Source: Opitutales bacterium
GTDB taxonomy: Bacteria > Verrucomicrobiota > Verrucomicrobiia > Opitutales > JABSRG01
DNA length: 33,787 nt
Direction of reading: 5' to 3'
Assembly: GCA_049599475.1 (NCBI GenBank)
Contig: JBMYOQ010000048.1
Location: 1-33,787 of the forward strand
Shown here one piece after another: positions 28,801-33,787 of this stretch (position 1 is its first letter; each line of letters starts with the position of its first letter). Made by a program: the position numbers and the translations under genes. The notes under the pieces were generated by a model. It saw only the letters and a program-made list of their open reading frames with translations, was not told where the DNA came from and made no database searches.

Positions 28801-29998
28801 AGTTTGGGGCCAGCGTTTGCGCATCTAAAGTTGGGTTGCCCATCGGATTGTCCATTCGATGGTATATGGTGTAATAATCACGAAGCAGGTGCCAAGTAGG
28901 GCCATTTGCAGCACCCGTAAATGAGGGCCCACTAAACGATGGTAAACCATACCCGTTGCCCGATTCTGCAAATAGAAATACAGAGGCTACCTCATGAGGC
29001 GCGCTCACCCATGGGTCGTAAGAAAAGGGATGCGCTGCAGCGAATTCCGAATCGTTGAAGTCGTCATCATCCATTTCAAAGGCTAAGGATAAATCCTTTT
29101 TCAGGCCGCCATTTTTTACATTGGCAAGCACCCCTGCAGAGAAGGGCGAAAGATCATAGAAATAGCGACCATCCTGGGTGCGGTCATTGCCATTCGCCAA
29201 TAGGTCCACATGGGAAAGTCGGAGCACGCGCTCAGGGTAGTCATTCAGAGCATCTTCCAAATTACCACTATTGAGTCCCGTTAAGGCAAAGGGAGGGCTT
29301 TTTCCAAACGCCGTAACAGCATTTACGATACGATGCTTTTTCTCCCTCCCTGTTGCGTTTTCATCGACACCATCATCGAGATTTACCCGTGCTTTCATGT
29401 TTTCGTCTCCGACCCACCAAGCGTAGCGGCCGACGAGTTCATTTTTTCTGAAGACCTTCGAATTGCTCGTGTCGACATAGACTTGATCGAGGGTGTCCGC
29501 AGCGACTCCATTCGCACTTTCAATGGTCCCTGGGCCTACCAGCATAATACTATCGGCCGTATTCAGCTGGCTGCTGTTGTAATTCGCAAATCCCGATGGG
29601 TTTGCCAGCTTATCGGGTGCATCAGATACCAGCCAGCTCATGAGTTCACCCTTATTGTAGGCAACCCCACCAATGTCTACTGCCGCACTGGACCACACGC
29701 CGACGGCATTACGCCGCGTGCCATCGGTGTTGTTGAAGAGTTCGGCAGAAGCCGAGACTCGCTGATCCGGCCCCATGGAGCTCTGGAGCTCTCCAAGTGC
29801 CATGCGCATAGCCATGAGCGCATTTTGTTGAGCGCGAACCTGGCTGTTCTCACTTTCGGATGCGTTGTTTTCGACGCGCACCACAGATGTGAGACTCACA
29901 ATGATGAGGAGGAGAAACGCTATAAGCGCAAGGCTCATAACAAGAGCAAAGCCATCAGCGGGACGACGCCGCGTTGGCGAGAGCAGAGAGTAGCTCAT
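25832..29998 (-). CDS. Verru_Chthon cassette protein A-like giant PilX/GspK-type pseudopilin
   Basis: Prepilin-type leader RRRPADG^FALVMSL with non-Glu at +5; ALGELQSSMGPDQRVSASA; GRYAWWVGDENMKARVNL; GGLKKDLS; GAFNVNS; QADILQALG..TVRGDTFRIRAFG..WCEAIVQR..FRWL. Confidence 0.85.
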   Translation of the reverse strand: MSYSLLSPTRRRPADGFALVMSLALIAFLLLIIVSLTSVVRVENNASESENSQVRAQQNALMAMRMALGELQSSMGPDQRVSASAELFNNTDGTRRNAVGVWSSAAVDIGGVAYNKGELMSWLVSDAPDKLANPSGFANYNSSQLNTADSIMLVGPGTIESANGVAADTLDQVYVDTSNSKVFRKNELVGRYAWWVGDENMKARVNLDDGVDENATGREKKHRIVNAVTAFGKSPPFALTGLNSGNLEDALNDYPERVLRLSHVDLLANGNDRTQDGRYFYDLSPFSAGVLANVKNGGLKKDLSLAFEMDDDDFNDSEFAAAHPFSYDPWVSAPHEVASVFLFAESGNGYGLPSFSGPSFTGAANGPTWHLLRDYYTIYHRMDNPMGNPTLDAQTLAPNWNHDTAGYDYSNHTTSGDGDDPNRDGSFQPAFLQSGGPSFVFRGGGVQRDIGTDGFLLAQDLVPEAVTTYGLKYTDSPLLKGQAGDPLRSRLENGNGVGVSVSDFRLPTFVKGNYMPYVRRAVAEIGFRFTADPMDVNNANGNPINYTGAGMLPNTHSLNAKARSAYVFHNPYNVNIRHNNIGSEFAGPTMALDLYELGTTTPIKRYDTRTVSTERVLDNQGQPTNEDTPTEIEVTETDMLDVNVGGNRGFFSHVYTGDGMMSPGAVVMREGQNIQDTSQSGSLILNDFSTATWRNFYFASAGTSALFVPPLLGQVTMAGRPSADNKWLASNATAGSRPLHATTRIQTSLHMASNNSPAAGQELTDHWPMAYALNSISLFPGPAYNSASGDDLLAASYRAPQPGSMLGSSIFGTSDYPWSVSKNLTISDHMTNSRSFGLLTFDFQLRPPGMIAPGGDNFAEIETPYPAFVLSNPLAPIKDNKNIFYPDETRASNNLNGYPGFSPGWELTYGAGFGNGGGTDHRPWADDSGRTDINDGSIENAVFIELPTSPVLSIGKLQHANITLYDHMPALAVGNSFASPFIQRNRVYEVNRNRHDRDRIFYDISYLMNDALWDEYFFSSYSIPYDAQGDDYDPVNDSVEDTFDAAFFASGGSAVPLPNPRMRLNLAEGEDVMDAKIKLFDGSGDSKPSSSPGNIKDAGFHRAAENLMVEGAFNVNSISVDAWVAVLSGARDMDVYQSGASSPDTTTGGEVPFLRVSQPNASKLPNESIIDPLAWTGFRALTQNQIRALATNIVAEIKARANNPSSGGAVTPFLTLSEFVNRRISNDPYGLSGVIQAAIDATVEINGDFEDAIYSLDSSIVDNQTARGFAFKAADNLLDADGGTASSSMTAPTYLLQADILQALGSFLTVRGDTFRIRAFGESIDSENTKKAWCEAIVQRLPEAADKAGARGPDDLDYWSDRDTSGALKRMGRDFIVVDFRWLSENEV

Positions 29999-30342
29999 GG
30001 TGAGTAGGGTCGATGGGTTTTATGTGGTGATTAACCTGAGCGCCAATTCGAAGAACGAGATGAACACGACCAACACAGGTTGGACAACGCTGCGAACACG
30101 CGACAATTCAGGAAGAGGAAGTAGCAAAGGAGACCGTTGAATGGCAGGGACTTAGACGTCATTGGAGACCAAACGCACGTACGCCTTCATGCTATTAAAC
30201 AAGGTCAACCCTTCCGACCGGACAGGTTTTTTCGTCAATTTTACACGCGAGCCTCATTCTCGAATGCCGAGGCCTCGATCCCGATCAATTTTGGAGACTC
30301 TCCCTACGTATAATCGGGTAATAGACGCTCTATGAGTTGCCA

Positions 30343-31917
30343 TTAATTGGCCTTCAATGGACTGCCACTAAAACTCTTCATGTATTCGAGTGCTCGCTTC
30401 GCCTTAATTTTCCCTGATTTGCTCCAAACATAGCCCGCCTCGTATTCGATACGCCCCTCCTCATCGGTGAGTACCGTAAAATATAAACGCTTCCGCGTCT
30501 CGCCATCCGTTTTGAGCCCACCCAAACCTTCTACCCGGGACGGATGAACACGCACCCCGATCCCAAGATTGCCGGCAGGCAGCGTTTCCCATGTCCCGGC
30601 CCAACCTTCTTCTTTGGAATGCATAACAGTATAGTCTCTCCCTGAGGCCACAACTCCCACCAATATCGGAAGACCTACCGCTATTTCACCATTTTTAAAG
30701 AAACGGCTTTCCGCCGAGTAGAAGCGACGCCCCGATTCAATTGTAATAGTCTTCTCTTCTACAAAGTCGGTCCCCTGAATGTTTTTCTCATAAAATAAAG
30801 TGAAACGGACTCGATCCTTGGTTCGTTCCAGGACCTCCACTCGATCATAATTCCCCAAATATCGTAGACGACCCGCGTATTTTACTCGCGTGCCTCCGAC
30901 CCCACCCAGTGATCCGGGAAGGAATAGATTGATCCCCTCATCTGGGAATTTCTGATTACTGATCTCCGCATTATGGCGAAAATACCAGCGATCCCAGATA
31001 GGATAATCGACTTCTTTGAGCAAGATATCAATACCCTCGCTTCGCCCCCCTCCATTACCAAAAACACGGAAGGCAACCAAGTCATTCTCCCACGCGAAGT
31101 CATCAGTTTTATAGGTAAACGTATCCGCAACAACACGCGGTGATAAAATTGGCGGCATACCCTCGAATTCCTCTCGAGGTGCATTTATCGGCCTCGCTTC
31201 GCTCCGATCTTTGCGTGGCAGTAATTGCAATGGAGCCGAGACATCCGATGGCGATTCCTTGGAATCGTTTGAAGACGCCTCCTTGCGAGTATTCGACGCT
31301 TTCAAGGGCGGTAGACCCGAAGATGCCAATGACTTCTGCCAAAGCCCTTGATAGGCATTAAAATCCTCGGGCACGAGCATCCACTTATCAAACAGCACCA
31401 GCCCATCTCTTATAGAAATGGAAAACGTGTAATCCCCGGCTTTCTTAAATTCCACGACTGCTTCTGAGCCTTGCTTCGCACCCGTATTCGACCAATTCCA
31501 CTTCGAGCGCGTCGTCCACTGCAATACACGCCGCCCCTGTTTACCCGATTTATTGACCTCATAATAGATGGAGCCGCCTTTGAACTCCTCTACGAGCCCG
31601 CGACACCAGAGGTAGTACTTTCCAGGCTTTTCAACGGTAATATCGTAGCTCACCTTGCCCGAGACCGAACGCGGCTCACGTTCAAGATAGGGCGTTTCCA
31701 AGTATGCATTCCCGGAGGCACCCTCACGCACATCCACGAAACCATCGTCCACGACAGACTGCCAATGAAAATTTCCAGAGGTGTATACCACATCGAAGTC
31801 TTCAGCCTCGAACACGATAAAACCATTCTCGCGAAACGTCTCATCAAGCGCGTTCAAAGCGACCAGACTGCCGAAAAAGACGGTTAAACCGATTAAACTG
31901 CAGAGTATTCGCCTCAT
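30343..31917 (-). CDS. Secreted protein with N-terminal carbohydrate-binding-like beta-sandwich and C-terminal DUF4861-like domain
   Basis: Signal peptide; IVFEAEDF..PGKYYLWCR..RDGLVLFDKW; DDFAWENDLVAFRVFG..GIDILLK..WY..SLGGVG..EYEAGYVW. Confidence 0.75.
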   Translation of the reverse strand: MRRILCSLIGLTVFFGSLVALNALDETFRENGFIVFEAEDFDVVYTSGNFHWQSVVDDGFVDVREGASGNAYLETPYLEREPRSVSGKVSYDITVEKPGKYYLWCRGLVEEFKGGSIYYEVNKSGKQGRRVLQWTTRSKWNWSNTGAKQGSEAVVEFKKAGDYTFSISIRDGLVLFDKWMLVPEDFNAYQGLWQKSLASSGLPPLKASNTRKEASSNDSKESPSDVSAPLQLLPRKDRSEARPINAPREEFEGMPPILSPRVVADTFTYKTDDFAWENDLVAFRVFGNGGGRSEGIDILLKEVDYPIWDRWYFRHNAEISNQKFPDEGINLFLPGSLGGVGGTRVKYAGRLRYLGNYDRVEVLERTKDRVRFTLFYEKNIQGTDFVEEKTITIESGRRFYSAESRFFKNGEIAVGLPILVGVVASGRDYTVMHSKEEGWAGTWETLPAGNLGIGVRVHPSRVEGLGGLKTDGETRKRLYFTVLTDEEGRIEYEAGYVWSKSGKIKAKRALEYMKSFSGSPLKAN

Positions 31918-32265
31918 ACTTTACACACGAGGAGCAGCCCCAGTCTTCGAAATCTTACAATTATTCGCGTACATTACCCTATATACATCGAAAATGCCGC
32001 GACCACCTGTAGAACGACTTCCATTTCCGGGAATGTTGCCCTCTGCGCTATGACGCATACAGGAATATTACCATAATCATCGAAGCATTTCTGGAAAACT
32101 CTTATCTGGTCTAGAACTTACTCAAAATCGCTTAACCAATGCTAGTAAACAAGGAACCAGCCTCTAGAAAGTCGCTACCTATGCGTAAAATAGGGGTAGC
32201 CGTCGATCTTCAAGCGGTGACAGACACCCTTTTCGCCCTGCTAGTGCGCTGGATGGCTCGACCAG

Positions 32266-32498
32266 AGGCGTATGTGCATTGGAAAAGGTTACCCTCGTCT
32301 TCGCGAGACGATCTAAATTCGGTGTCTTTGCCTCGGAATACCTCATCGGGTTGATCTAGTCATTTAGATCACCGAATGAAGAACTGACATTGGGCTTATC
32401 TGAAAATTACTGCGCGCATGTAGTGCTGAATACAATACTTACCGTAACGCGCTCACACAAATGGTTTTGATCTTACTGAGTTAGATCATTTCGACCAT
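32266..32498 (-). pseudogene. Decayed 5' fragment of a formylglycine-dependent (S1) sulfatase
   Basis: Manual minus-strand translation from 32400: DKPNVSSSFGDLND*INPMRYSEAKTPNLDRLAKTRVTFSNAHTP, matching the sulfatase N-terminus KPNVLFIxxDDLNDW..TPNLDRLAxxGVxFxNAH. In-frame TAG at 32356-32358, another stop in the leader region, and no CxPxR motif. Confidence 0.8.
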
Positions 32499-32604
32499 AA
32501 AAGAGGAGGGGTATCTGGGGTTTTCCTTGGTCAAAATTCGATTAAAAAAAGCGAAAACGACCTTACACCGATTGTCACCAATTCTGATACTCTCAAAATG
32601 CAAT

Positions 32605-32681
32605 GGTAGCCCCTTAAACTCTCGGTGAGCTGCTGTAGTCAAGCGGGCTCCCACTGGCTGTCTCAGAAATGCAGTCTTACC
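32605..32681. repeat. Degenerate inverted pair of REP-like elements
   Basis: GGTAGCCCC..CTCTCGGTGAGCTG resembles the 3588 copy; GGCTGTCTCAGAAATGCAGTCTTACC resembles the 3724 and 22933 copies. Confidence 0.55.
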
Positions 32682-32733
32682 CGAATACGCAGACTTAAAG
32701 GCTACCAGAACCGATGAGACACGTCTTACACAG

Positions 32734-32763
32734 AAAAAGCCCTAGCGATAATCACTAGGGCTT
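32734..32763 (-). terminator. Rho-independent terminator
   Basis: Minus strand AAGCCCTAGTGATTATCGCTAGGGCTTTTT, about 30 nt after the stop at 32794. Confidence 0.85.
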
Positions 32764-32793
32764 CCGAAAATGAACTAAAGACAGAAGGAAGTC

Positions 32794-33567
32794 TTACTTG
32801 CGGCGGCGAAGCATTACTCCAGCAAACCCGACGAGCCCCGCGATCAATACGTAAGCAGAAGGCTCAGGAACTGCCACCAAATCAACGGTGAAGTTGTCGA
32901 CATAGAATGAACCATTAGTGTCGTTGGCCACGACAAAGAAATCGTTCTCAGTCAGTGTAATATCTCCAGCGAAGTCCGTTGTGATCGCTGCACTTGAAAT
33001 AACAGTGTCTGTATCAGAATCATAGAACACTACATCAGCAGTTTCGCCCACAAATGCATTGAATTCAATTGCGGACAATGTGACCGAGTGGTCAACAGAG
33101 ATATCAGATAGCGTAAACCGCAAGCCTTCACCATTCGAACTCGCCATCCGGAAGCGATCACCCGCTGTTTCACCAATAGAGGTATCATTGGCACCCCAAC
33201 CACCCGAGTTCCAGTAGGAAGTGCTGGTGCTGGTCAGCCCATCAATATATTCATTGAATCCATTTCCAGTCGTCGTGGGATCGTCGTATCCATTGAACGC
33301 ATCAACGGTAAAAGTGAAAAAAGCACTGTCTACTGTAGTAGATAGTGAGCCACCGCTAAATGCTGAACCATCTGCATTACCAATCTGATTGGGAGACACT
33401 GCAGAATTTGCCGCCGGGGTTCCATCGTTGTTGACAACCGACACGACGGAGGTCCCTGCATTAGCGGATTGAGTTGTAGTCGAGACAACCACTTGGGCAC
33501 TGGCAGACACAGCACCCAAGACGAGAAACGCAGCGAATACTGCTGAAGTAGTTTTTAGGTCTTTCAT
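32794..33567 (-). CDS. PEP-CTERM exosortase-target surface protein
   Basis: Signal peptide MKDLKTTSAVFAAFLVLGAVSASA; C-terminal VPEPSAYVLIAGLVGFAGVMLRRRK. Confidence 0.92.
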   Translation of the reverse strand: MKDLKTTSAVFAAFLVLGAVSASAQVVVSTTTQSANAGTSVVSVVNNDGTPAANSAVSPNQIGNADGSAFSGGSLSTTVDSAFFTFTVDAFNGYDDPTTTGNGFNEYIDGLTSTSTSYWNSGGWGANDTSIGETAGDRFRMASSNGEGLRFTLSDISVDHSVTLSAIEFNAFVGETADVVFYDSDTDTVISSAAITTDFAGDITLTENDFFVVANDTNGSFYVDNFTVDLVAVPEPSAYVLIAGLVGFAGVMLRRRK

Positions 33568-33607
33568 TTGTCGAATTTGGAGTAAGGGAAACGCGGAATT
33601 CCGCCTA

Positions 33608-33646
33608 ATTGTTAACAATCGGACCTCTTTTGCATTTTGTTAACAA
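33608..33646. promoter_or_regulatory. Tandem palindromic operator candidates (TTGTTAACAA x2)
   Basis: Perfect 10-nt palindrome at 33609-33618 (extends to 12-nt ATTGTTAACAAT) and at 33637-33646, 28 nt apart, upstream of the PEP-CTERM start. Confidence 0.6.
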
Positions 33647-33787
33647 TTTAAATCCTCGAATCCTCGTTTCTCTCGAGTCTTCAGATCCGTTCTCACAAAA
33701 ATTTTCGCAATTATATTGTATGGCGAACAGTTTCGCCGGGCCTGCTACAGACTACAAAGGATCTCCTACCCTTTAGAGTATTCTAAG

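Noticed and set aside
29333..30007. 224-aa plus-strand ORF
   Set aside because: Antisense to the conserved N-terminus of the pseudopilin gene; no motifs.
30031..30162. 43-codon Cys-containing minus-strand ORF upstream of the pseudopilin
   Set aside because: Short, no recognisable family and no supporting context; not distinguishable from chance.
32139..32354. 71-aa plus-strand ORF
   Set aside because: It overlaps the sulfatase relic on the opposite strand, which explains the sequence better.
32349..32491. Two TGATCT..AGATCA inverted repeats, and possible TAG readthrough at 32356
   Set aside because: The spacers differ (8 vs 9 nt) and both repeats lie in decayed coding sequence. Extra lesions, and TAG used as a normal stop elsewhere (3926, 22761, 25832), argue against recoding.

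Overview
Bacterial DNA, most consistent with Verrucomicrobiota (Opitutales-like). This is inferred from two PEP-CTERM proteins, a Verru_Chthon cassette A-like gene, Verrucomicrobia-type C-terminal domains and C-rich, Shine-Dalgarno-poor leaders. The window holds about 14 intact CDS dominated by glycan processing and surface/secreted proteins: a Y_Y_Y-type sensor kinase, a giant G8/beta-helix/LamG/TSP3/CBM protein, a reprolysin-like metallopeptidase, a CBM6 lipoprotein, a repeat-containing SGNH-like exoprotein, an ECF sigma factor coupled to a Ser/Thr kinase, GH31, GH29 and a DUF4861 protein. It also contains a decayed sulfatase 5' fragment absent from the ORF track, several terminators and a dispersed GTAG-type REP family with compensatory stem changes. 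The most notable signals are: (1) the ECF-linked kinase lacks the VAIK lysine but has a Lys in the Gly-rich loop, as in eukaryotic WNK kinases; (2) a likely shared beta-sandwich domain in the genes flanking this regulator pair; (3) a shared C-terminal domain that may be a sorting signal; (4) an orphan PilX/GspK-like giant gene in an apparent operon with a fucosidase. No rRNA, tRNA, CRISPR array or transposase was recognised. All family calls come from motif recognition by eye, not database searches.
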